Part shown: one piece after another, positions 1 through 10,300 of the stretch | How the letters are laid out: the number at the start of each line of letters is the position of its first letter | Numbering within the stretch: the stretch's first letter is position 1 | Origin: Octopus bimaculoides | Lineage: Eukaryota | Assembly: GCF_001194135.2 (NCBI RefSeq) | Contig: NC_068988.1 | Location: 33,256,597-33,308,881, forward strand | Length of the DNA stretch: 52,285 nucleotides | Direction of reading: 5' to 3' | Program-made: the position numbers and the translations under genes | Notes under the pieces: model-generated | Databases searched by the model: none | Told to the model about the DNA's origin: nothing | Seen by the model: the letters and a program-made list of their open reading frames with translations, nothing else

Positions 1-962
1 AAGAAACAACATATCTATAAAACAAATGAAATCCAAACTAAAACTAGAACACCAACGGACCATGATAAAACGATGGCAAGAAAAGCCCCTACATAGTAAA
101 TACTGGGCTAAACTAAATGCGAAATAAATAGACAGAGAAAAATCCCAGCAATGGCTGGGAAGCTCAGGACTCAAAGCAGAGACTGGAGGATTTTTAATTG
201 CTGCACAAGACCAAAGCCTCCCCACCAGAAATTACCAAAAACACATAATGAAAAGAAATATAACAAGTAACTGTAGAATATGTGGAGATGGACAAGAAAC
301 AATGAATCATTTTATTTCTGGCTGCCCAGTCCTGGCTAAGAAGTAATATATTCACAGATATTAAAAGAGCTGGGACTTATATACACTGGAAGCTATGCCA
401 ACACTATGGAATAACAACAGAAAAAAGATGGTATAAACAGATGCCAGAAAAGGTCACAGAAAACGAGAAAGCAACCATACTCTGGGATATGCCAATACAC
501 ACAGATAGAGAAATTAAGCCAAATAGACCAGATATAGTTGTCAAAGATGATGAAGAAAAAAAATGCTTTCTAATTGATGTATCAATACCTGCAGATGACA
601 ACGTTTCTCTAAAAGAAATGGAAAAACTTTCAAAAAACAACGACCTGGAAATAGAGAAAACTCGAATGGGGAATCTAAAAACAGAAACAATTCCTATCAT
701 AGTAGGAATAATTATTAGGTATAATTAAAAAAATATTCAGACAAATACATAACAAAGACACCAGGACTTACAAATATGTATAACATACAGAAAATTGCAC
801 TACTAGGTACTGCACACATTCTACGCAAAACACTTTCAATACAGTAAACATAAGAGCACCACAGCAAACCACAGCACATACCCAAGGCGCACAGAGCTGC
901 GCTCGGTAGTGAAGTGATAGCACGTTATAAAAAGAAAACTACTGAACAATAATAATAATAAT
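1..962 (+). mobile_element. 3' end of a restriction-like-endonuclease (RLE) non-LTR retrotransposon, R4/Dong-like, decayed
   Basis: Frame from nt 2 reads ...GLKAETGGFLIAAQDQSLPTRNY...CRICGDGQETMNHFISGC (C-x2-C-x8-H-x4-C knuckle). After frameshifts it reads ILWDMPIHTDREIKPNRPDIVV...CFLIDVSIP (PD-(D/E)xK RLE) and IQKIALLGTAHILRKTLSIQ* (stop 845-847). A short 3'UTR and (AAT)5 at 948-962 follow. Internal stops and frameshifts present. Confidence 0.9.
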
Positions 963-1410
963 TGATTGGAGGTGTTATCATGTGCATTGTTTTGTCTTGG
1001 TATAAAAGATGGTCTACAGCAAATATTCTGCTTAATACCACAGATTTGCTTGTCATTTGTTTGACCTTAACCAGTTGAGCATGTCCCTTATTGGCTGACG
1101 AAATGTGCATCTCTGATCATGAGCAGAAGTAGTTGGGGAGCATCATAGCCATGTGTTGAGAGGAATTATTTGGGGTTTGAATAATTCACCTTTGGAAACA
1201 TGCCTGTTTTGCTCAACATACTTAAACAAACCTTATTCAGAGACCATTTGAACGGGCTGGGCTACTTGACCTGAAGAACATTCTAACTGGGTCCAACCTG
1301 CAAGGTCATGCGCTGTTTATCTTGATATGAGATCACCATGTCGCGCATATATGGTCGTGATGCATGTGCCTGGTGTACCCTTATTAGACAGGAAGTCATC
1401 AGTAGTATAT
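963..1410 (+). repeat. GC-richer interspersed repeat attached to the (TAA)n tail of the RLE element (probable non-autonomous retro-derived repeat)
   Basis: Abrupt composition change right after (AAT)5 and no ORF. Resembles a common Octopus repeat from memory only; family not verified. Confidence 0.4.
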
Positions 1411-4149
1411 TCCCACAGAGACATTCTTCGTTATATATGTATATAGGTATATGTATATGTACATACGTGCACCAGCACCTACTAGAACTAAACGACGATT
1501 ACATTTAGTTATTTTAGCGAATACGCGTAAGTGACATCGCATTGACAACACTGTAGCAACACCTAACGTCAATATCACATATCTATAATCTCTAAATTCT
1601 CACATTTATCGTGTGTTGCCTATATGTGGAATATGTACAAAAAAGTTTTATCAAATATAGAAGAATTAATCTAATGCAATTATTAAGCATCTTTGTTGTA
1701 AAGCACATATGAATCCAAATTTCAATTTTTTAATGATTTCTATAGATGCATCATTTGTGTGAGACATTTGATATTGAATGCTTTAATTTCCGTGTTAAGA
1801 AAAATAGTATCATCTTAGTTTGCATGTCACCTTGTTATTCATGATTCAGCGCATTAAAAAGAAGTAATTATAACAGCCATGTTTTTTTTATTTATTTATG
1901 AAGAGATGTGGATTACAGAATCTTATCGTCCGGCAGTTTCGAACATCGTAGTAAAAATTTCTGCTCCTTCCATTATATGAGAATGGAACGTAGAACCGGT
2001 CATAAGAAAAACAACTCATACAATATTGCAGTAATATCCCCGAATCTCACCTTTCTTAGAAAAATAAAGTGTTGCGATTAATTAAACATGCAGATATACA
2101 TGCGATGAGAACTAATATGAAGTGAAACAGTTTTCTTTCTCATGATATAATTTACGGGTTATATGTGTTTTCTACAATGAGGGAGTTATAGTTTATCCAA
2201 GTATTGCTGCAGCAAAATGAGTATCCCTTCTGTAGTTACTGGCTACCTGAACGTACAGAAATGCCTCAGAGAGTCTTCAAAATATCAGCTGATTTGTTGG
2301 ATAGTGGATAGCATAATTAACGTCAATCACGTTTTAAATAATTTTTTTCGTTTTGGATTTGACTGATGCTTACTGAGTGGTAATTGTTTTAATATACTGG
2401 ACATTACCCTTTTAGCAAACTGAAGCGAATATCAAGGAATCTGATGTAATTTCTATGGTTCTGTGATGGGTCAGGAAAAGAATGTTAATCCCAGTTTTGG
2501 ACATTAGAAGATGATTTTTTTCCATAAAGTTTTTCTTATTTTGTATATCATCAGATTCGAGTTTTTGCTAGCCATTGTATACATATAAACAGAATGATTT
2601 GCAATTGTTGATATCGACATAAAATTATTAAATACACACCCCATCTTGCATTTTCGTTGATAATACATTTATACACTACTTTAACGCATCTTCTCGACCT
2701 ATCTGTAGGTGTTGTCTTTAAAATGATTGGCGGTTCGTCTGAAATAACAGAAAGCAAAGGCTGTATCACGGCACATGATTTTACTGTTGGGTGATTGCAA
2801 TGTTTGCAAGCAAGCTCAAGATGCACGTGTGTTACCCATTATACATCCAGCTATTAATCATGCAACTAATAGTTTAATCGTCTTATTGGTTAATTATTTC
2901 ATTAATATTAATATGTATAGTATAACCAAGATCTATGTCACCCGTTATCAACAAATGCTTTTTGCTAACCACTTTTGCATCCCTGACAAATAAAATGCAA
3001 TATTTCTAGTTAGATTTTCGATGTTCTTCAATTAAAATTTGCGCAGTAAATTTAATATTGTCATTTTCATTCGGTACAGCTTCTGATTAATTAGTCGTTA
3101 AACAATTTCACTACGTAATTCTAGAATTCATCACTTAGAGTTACTGCTATCACTACAACATCTATGGCGAGGTAAATGCCTCATTAATATGATCACGGTT
3201 AAATTTTATTAAGTCATTCTTTAATATTTTTTCACCAAAAACATTTTTTCTAATTAGTTTATTAATCGTCTCTGTATTAAATATATACAGACTAGTTTTT
3301 TTTTTGTTTTCTGGTTTCCTTAACATATTAAAGCCTGCTTGGGATTTTAAATATTCTCTTAAAGTGATACAATTATTCAACTATAGCGTACAAAATGCCG
3401 TTCCTGTCATTTTATAGCGATTCAACAAAATATTCTACAATTAATCTAATTAATCTAATTGCAATTCATCAAAGGTTTTGCTGAGTTTATTTTTTGATTA
3501 TTAATAACAACTGAATAGCTGTACTCTTGTTATTGGAATTTGCTTTGATACAATATTAATTAGAATCTCTTTTAACGGCCTCACTGAATTTCGTTAACTT
3601 CGCTTATTACTCTTAGAATGAAACGAAGGATATGATGAAGACACTATTACAGAGATATATTGACTATATTACCCACATTAATCCTAATGGATAATTTATA
3701 GGGAAAATATAAATATAATGATTATGCCGAAGAAAATGATTTGCATGTTTTATTTGAACGGTTCTCTATTCTAATATGGTCTATTAAAATATATTAGCAA
3801 TTTACTGTTCGTTTACGTTAGGACAGAATGCAAAATATCGGGTCATGTATCATTATTAATTTTAAATTATAAACGAAGAATAAAGATGCATTCAACATGA
3901 TTTTCTGTTTAAATACATTGTTATAGTATTATTTGGAGCACGTTTCCTGTGTTTTATGCCTATTAAAATCCAGTCTCCTGAAAAAAAGATTGTTATATTT
4001 AATGAAATGACATCTTCCTTTCAATACACAAATTTATAGATCAGCCACTTTTAGGATATTGCTTGAAGATGACAAAAAAAGAAATCGAGATTTTCACAGA
4101 CAAGCCATTTAAGTCACCTTTTGTGAATATTAATACTAATTTCTTAATT

Positions 4150-4260
4150 AAGGCGGTAATCTGGCAGAATCGCTAGCACATCAAACACAATGTTTAGCGG
4201 CATTCTGTCCGTATTTAGATTCTGAGTTCAATTTTCTGCAAAGTCGACTTCGCATTTGAA
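4150..4260 (+). mobile_element. tRNA-derived SINE, 5' part, decayed
   Basis: AGGCGGTAATCTGGCAGAATCGCTAGC...TTCTGAGTTCAATT...GTCGACTTCGC aligns by eye to the fuller copy at 24536-24743, with Pol III A/B-box-like motifs. Confidence 0.75.
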
Positions 4261-4281
4261 ACAAATATTAATTTCATAATT

Positions 4282-4440
4282 AAAGCAATGAACTGGCAGA
4301 ATGGTTACCATGTTGCTTACCAGTATTTCGTCCGTCTTTACTTCTGATTTCAAATTTCGGGGTCGATGCAATAAGTACCAATTGATCAGTGGGGTCGATC
4401 TAATCGTCTTACCCTCTCTCCTGTGTCGAAATTTGAAATT
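4282..4440 (+). mobile_element. second tandem copy of the same SINE, with internal deletions
   Basis: CTGGCAGAATGGTTA...TTCGTCCGTCTTTAC...TTCGGGGTCGAT...AAGTACCA...TGGGGTCGATCTAATCG matches 24536-24743. Confidence 0.75.
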
Positions 4441-5289
4441 AATATTGATATTCCCTAATTAGGTTTAATGACTAATCTCGTACGGAAATTAAATAGTCCC
4501 TTCAGAGGAAACTAGTATTGTACCTATGTCTGATCCTTTCTTCAAACAATAATGTTTCCAAACATAGCCACATAGTTAAAGTTTTATGACATATTAGCTA
4601 TTTAGATCAACACTCAAATTTAAGATCGTTTTTCTGATAAACTAGCATTGACATTTTGTCTCAAAATGCGTGTATTCATATAAATAAGATGATGAGAATG
4701 GAGATAATAATTCACTATTTTTGTTCGTGCACTGAAAATCTAGCTTTCAATGGTAGGATCGTTTGAGCATTGAATAAAATTCCTAAAAAGTATTTATACT
4801 AATCTCAGCATTATGTGTTTCAATTCTGGTAAGGTAAACTTCTTTCTTCATCCATTGAAAAACGAGAAGGCGGAGTAGTCCGGAACTGATGGTTAACAAA
4901 ATTGTTAACGCATTGGTTGGGAAAACTTGCGGTATATGTTCTGATTCTGTCTTTCTTGAGTTATATTCCAATCCTTTACTGAAAAACCGTCTCACTCCGG
5001 TCAGGAGTTGCAACGAATAGACTGTATTAACAATTCGAAAATCTAGAGAAAAAGTTTCCTTCGTTGGACCTTTAGAATTCTGTTTTCTACGGTCAATATA
5101 TATTTTCAGTAAAATCTAAATATTTTTGTTATTTATTTGCAGGTCTTTAGTCTAGGTGTCCTTAATATTCTTCCAGCAACAGGGAATGATTATAAATTTA
5201 ACTCTCTGTTATATAATAATTTCTTTGCCGCAAAAGAAAGTCTCCATAAGTTCTCTGGCTCTCGGATGATATGAGTCGACGTGATAACT

Positions 5290-5465
5290 ACAGCAATACA
5301 TGCACATATGTCCAAACACACACAGAGACAAACATACAGACATGCACACATATACACTCACGCGCGTACACACACACTTATACAAACTCGCGTGCGCACA
5401 CACTTATACACATACACGCACGCATATACATATACAGACATATATCTGTATAAGTGTATATATAT
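5290..5465. repeat. compound (CA)n/(TA)n microsatellite
   Basis: Degenerate CA/TA dinucleotide run. A similar (TACA)n run lies at 5700-5790. Confidence 0.9.
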
Positions 5466-6632
5466 ACGTTGTAAATGTTAAATGTTTCATTTTCATAAAG
5501 AAACCATAAACATGATATCTCAGTTGTGGCTGCTTAGCAAGAAATGCGCACTGACAATTATGAAAACATTTGTGGTGGTTATAAGCGAATAATAATTAAT
5601 ATATTTTTTTTAAATATCATTGCAATGAGAATTGAAGTATATAAATTCATGAATCCCAAACAGCAACTGCTTAGAACCAGGATTACCGGAAAAAAACAGT
5701 ATACATACACATACACATACATACACACATACATACACACACACATACATACATACATACATACATACACACACACATACATACATATATATTTAAGTGT
5801 TTTATATCATAGATATAACCAATTACCTTTGCTATGCCCATTAATGGCTTTCAGAATGTTATGAAATTCATGCAATCTAATTTTATTGTTCTTCAAAGTT
5901 GTGTCTTTGCATCTAATTAATAAATCAATAGATATTAGATTACATACAGTGGTTCCTGTTGGGAACGTAATTACGATCAAAACCTTTCTTTACTAGGACA
6001 TATATACTTGTTATCATCCAATCAATTTGTAGATTAATCATAGCTACTAGTAATTGAAAAGATTTACTTAAACGTTAATTTGATGAAAATTCTAGATACG
6101 CAAATTTGCAACCACGAAACGTGTAGCTACAAAAATAAATTCGGAGGTGGTATGAATTTTAATGGCTCTAGCGTTATTTGATCTTGAAAGTTTGTAAATT
6201 GGCTAATATACCACTCAATGCTTTTCACTTATTCTTCTCACTTGTGTGATTTAGCCAATACTTTAAATCATAGTATCCATAATTTTATTCCAAGTATAGA
6301 TTAAAAATCTACATATGTAGGAATATACTTGCTCAGTTGTTGTGCAAATAATATGAATACATTTAAACTTACATGAGGGGATTTCAATTGTTCTATGAAT
6401 GATATTTTTGAATTTGCATTATAAAACATAGAGGAACAACTTTTGAACATAATTTCTGTTGTCCTCGTCATTTAGATTAAAATAGGTACGTTGATTTCAA
6501 AGCTGTAGTCAATTTTCTTCTACCACCTAAGTTTTCCTGTTTTTCTACAGCGTACCCTCTGAATAAGCACAATTGCATTATTTGTATGTAAGTAATAGGG
6601 CTGGCCAGCTGTCTTTAAAATTTTATTTATAA

Positions 6633-7330
6633 CACTGGGGAACATTTTTAGAAACAAAATTAGTTATGTTGCTTTTTGCAATTAGTCCTATCTAATTTGA
6701 TGGTGATGTTTTCAGAAATGCCTTCGGTAATTTCTATTGCGTCAAGTTTATTTTCTGAAGCAATGATTCATACTTTTACCGAAAAATGTCAATTTAGCCG
6801 TCAAATGCTATCCTGAAATAAGAAACAAACACAAACCAAATAAGTCATTTTATTGTTTAAAAGAAATGTTACTCAAAATATTTAATAACCCATCTTAGGA
6901 TAGAAATTTCTCTCAAACTAGAGTTTTAGCTGTTTAAGAAGTGTGAATAACTTGCACCACGCGTCTGTTTCAAAGTCCAATAGTACTCAGCCATCCAATT
7001 CTGTTTCACCTGTCTTGATATCTGACCTCCATGGTCTCGTTGTCTAGGTGGAATCTTTCTCCTTGCTCATCACACATTGCACTGGATTTTCAGGGAAGTA
7101 GTTCAGATAACTGAGCAGGAAATGCACTCTTATACACATGTTGCACCCTAGACCTCGAAAGCTGGTTAACTGGGCCTGCTCATGTTCTTGATTCTTTGAT
7201 GACTTTCCAGGAAATCAGACATGCGCATTAAATGTATTCCATGCTTCTTTTACAACGCCAGATATGATCTCCAAAAGCTACACGTCTGGCCATAGCCATG
7301 TATTCTGTGACACGTCAGACACACCAGACT
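6633..7330 (-). mobile_element. Chapaev (CMC superfamily)-like DNA transposon, decayed 3' part
   Basis: Minus strand reads GCNMCIRVHFLLSYLNYFPEN-(fs)-AMCDEQGERFHLDNETMEVRYQDR*..MAEYYWTLKQ. This matches the recalled Chapaev3-type C-terminal motif (HFLHSHLDYFPEN..SDEQGERFHQDI..ME.RYQG.W..M.ADYCW). A CAC-starting terminus CACTGGGGAACA is at 6633. Confidence 0.7.
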
Positions 7331-7385
7331 TAACCTTTTTAAAAGACAAATCTTGAAATTTTTTGCTTAGATATTTGAATTAGTC

Positions 7386-9230
7386 ATGTATCAGTGTTTC
7401 AACACATGTTTTAAACAATATATGGGTTGCCGAGCCTTCGTTTTGAGAACTCAGTTTCATGTCAAAATAAGTTTTATTTCCAAAATTTATGATTACGTGT
7501 TTAGGTACAGAATGAGATCTATAAACATAACAGAAAACATGGGGACTGTTTTTCAATTTTCTTCTCTGAAAACTGGCCATAACTCTGAATTACAAAACTT
7601 CTATTCAAACTTGTAACCTAGGAAAAGCATTTTCAGAATTGTCAAGTTTTAAAGTAAATAATTGCAGATTTGCGATCACAAAGTTCTATAAAGAATACTT
7701 TATGAAGCGCTTTCGACAATTCTCAGATCATGCTTGGCAAACAGTGATCAATACTCATGTGACCTCAGAATTAAAATATTAAAGATGCATTCAAAGTACA
7801 AATTTTCGTAAGGAATACGTAAAAGTTCAACAAAACATGGCTCACCTGATTTGCAATGGCAGTCAGAAAAAATGATACTTAGCGTGGCATGTCGGAGAGA
7901 TATTTTACAAATATGAGACATGTATGATGTTTAGGACCACAGATATGTTGTTTATTAACATACAATTCTACGAAGGACTCCTCTGACATCATCATGCAAT
8001 TTAAAACTGGTTAGATTGAAAATAGCGAAAGTCGCTCATGTTTGATTCGTTTCATTTACTGAAGATACTTCAATCATAAGTTTTGTTTTCGTTTTCGTGG
8101 TTCAATCTTAAATGATATTAAAAATTGTGATGTCAAGTTCCCCATATGGGCATACAATTGGTGGAAACAAATCTATCCTAACGGAATTGTTGAAAAATAT
8201 ACGTTTCTGTTCATGTAAAACCATGACGTGACAGACCAAAATGGAATTCCTTTTACAAATCAGCACCCCTAAATTACTAGGGGACATAACTCCAATACCA
8301 GACAATGAAAACCATGATCCCCAGTGTAATATATTATTCTGTTGATTGCTGTATCATCAGGCTTTATGACTTAGGTGTCATTGCTAAGGAAGAATATTCA
8401 AACGAACTGAAGTATTCAGAATAGATTAATTAACAATCGTGACGTGTTTATTACAGCCTAAATTAAGAACAAGGTAAACGATCGAGATAATGCAGCAAAT
8501 ATTACAACTGTTAATAGTAAAATACTAGATATTAGACTAGATACTAGATATACACTTCGAAAGTGTATTGGAAAAAAAAGTTTTGTGCAGGAAGGAGAGT
8601 AGTTTCCAGCATTTAGAAGTACAGAGTTTAAAACAATGGTGACATTGTTCATGGCTTGGGCATACTTGTAAACATTATCCACAAGCGATCGACCTGACTC
8701 TTCTCCAAAGAAGCAGTGAATGTTTTGCAGATTTGGAATTTGGTGTTCTAGTTCGTGCACCATAACCGACGAAAACTGCCGAAGTGAGATATTGTGCAAT
8801 TGTTAGTGCATGGGAGTTAAAAATGTAGAGACATAGGAAAAATGAACGGCATTGTTTTTAAAGACGTGATTGGAGAGATTGATATCTTTTATAGACACCG
8901 TTGAACAAAACTAAAAGGCGTGATATACATAGCATTATAAGGAAAATTTGAATATGGTGCTGTAAAATCCCAGTGTCCCGTTCCATCGGTTAATATGTTG
9001 GAGGTGTTGCAGTTGTCATTACATCAACCTACATAAGGGGAGCGCACTCATCAAAGCCTCAAAATCTCTATTTCATCGTCGCCTATGATGCGGTTTTTGT
9101 AACTTAGATTCATCTCAGTAATCTTCTAGGTTTATGCAGAAAACTTTGTACAGAGAAATAGAAGATAGGTATACATCGGTATTTTTGCCATGACCTTCAG
9201 AAATGTCAAACTTAACAGATCAAGATGACA
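7386..9230 (+). pseudogene. unidentified decayed coding-like segment
   Basis: A 76-codon ORF (7386-7616) overlaps a frame running 7570-7983 with only 2 internal stops in ~138 codons. Further stop-poor stretches continue to ~9230. No microsatellites; no family recognised. Confidence 0.35.
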
Positions 9231-9355
9231 AATTCGTCAATTTTAAATCTAACATGAAAGTAGAAATTTCAATGCTTGATTGACGTGTTAATTGTAGCGA
9301 GGATTAAAAATTAGTTTCCATTTCTACAATCACTTCTTCTATACACACGTATACA

Positions 9356-9389
<34 letters not shown>

Positions 9390-10123
9390 NNNNNNNNNNN
9401 NNNNNNNNNNNNNNNNNNNNNNNNNNNNNNNNNNNNNNNNNNNNNNNNNNNNNNNNNNNNNNNNNNNNNNNNNNNNNNNNNNNNNNNNNNNNNNNNNNNN
9501 NNNNNNNNNNNNNNNNNNNNNNNNNNNNNNNNNNNNNNNNNNNNNNNNNNNNNNNNNNNNNNNNNNNNNNNNNNNNNNNNNNNNNNNNNNNNNNNNNNNN
9601 NNNNNNNNNNNNNNNNNNNNNNNNNNNNNNNNNNNNNNNNNNNNNNNNNNNNNNNNNNNNNNNNNNNNNNNNNNNNNNNNNNNNNNNNNNNNNNNNNNNN
9701 NNNNNNNNNNNNNNNNNNNNNNNNNNNNNNNNNNNNNNNNNNNNNNNNNNNNNNNNNNNNNNNNNNNNNNNNNNNNNNNNNNNNNNNNNNNNNNNNNNNN
9801 NNNNNNNNNNNNNNNNNNNNNNNNNNNNNNNNNNNNNNNNNNNNNNNNNNNNNNNNNNNNNNNNNNNNNNNNNNNNNNNNNNNNNNNNNNNNNNNNNNNN
9901 NNNNNNNNNNNNNNNNNNNNNNNNNNNNNNNNNNNNNNNNNNNNNNNNNNNNNNNNNNNNNNNNNNNNNNNNNNNNNNNNNNNNNNNNNNNNNNNNNNNN
10001 NNNNNNNNNNNNNNNNNNNNNNNNNNNNNNNNNNNNNNNNNNNNNNNNNNNNNNNNNNNNNNNNNNNNNNNNNNNNNNNNNNNNNNNNNNNNNNNNNNNN
10101 NNNNNNNNNNNNNNNNNNNNNNN
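9390..10123. other. assembly gap (N-run), one of 12 in the window
   Basis: Other N-runs: 12236-13089, 13498-13977, 14786-15107, 16331-16477, 21216-21270, 22175-22307, 27909-28153, 28884-28893, 32986-33570, 33912-33989, 47235-47606. Most are bordered by (TA)n. Confidence 0.99.
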
Positions 10124-10149
10124 ATATATATATATATATACATGCATAC

Positions 10150-10300
10150 ATATGCGACGGGATTCTTTCAATTTACGTCAACTGTATCCGTTCACGCGGC
10201 TTTGCTCGGCCCGAAGTTATATTAGGAGGCACTTAGTGAAGGTACACCGCAGTAGGACTGAATCTTGAACCATGTTGTTTGGAAGCAAGCTGCTTACTAC
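10150..10300 (-). mobile_element. tRNA-derived SINE (second family) with a (TA)n tail
   Basis: Reverse complement GTAGTAAGCAGCTTGCTTCCAAACAACATGGTTCAAGATTCAGTCCTACTGCGG...TCGGGCCGAGCAAAGC...GAAAGAATCCCGTCGCATA(TA)n. The head is homologous to 27497-27568. Confidence 0.75.

Noticed and set aside
5143-5274. Strong plus-strand acceptor TTTATTTGCAG followed by 43 open codons (VFSLGVLNILPATGND...)
   Set aside because: No homology recognised and no upstream partner exon. Such matches are expected by chance in AT-rich DNA.
5209-5864. ORFs rich in H/T/Y/I/C/V (and similar ones at 14252-14708, 25469-25931, 26608-26955, 32575-32834, 43288-43613, 45683-46192)
   Set aside because: They are translations of CA/TA/TG microsatellites, not proteins.
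6368-6560. Possible mariner-like ends (TACATGAGGGG...TACCCTCTG)
   Set aside because: Too short and degenerate, with no transposase remnant between them.
9304-10171. Long X-containing ORFs (also at every other gap)
   Set aside because: Artefacts of N-runs, which contain no stop codons.
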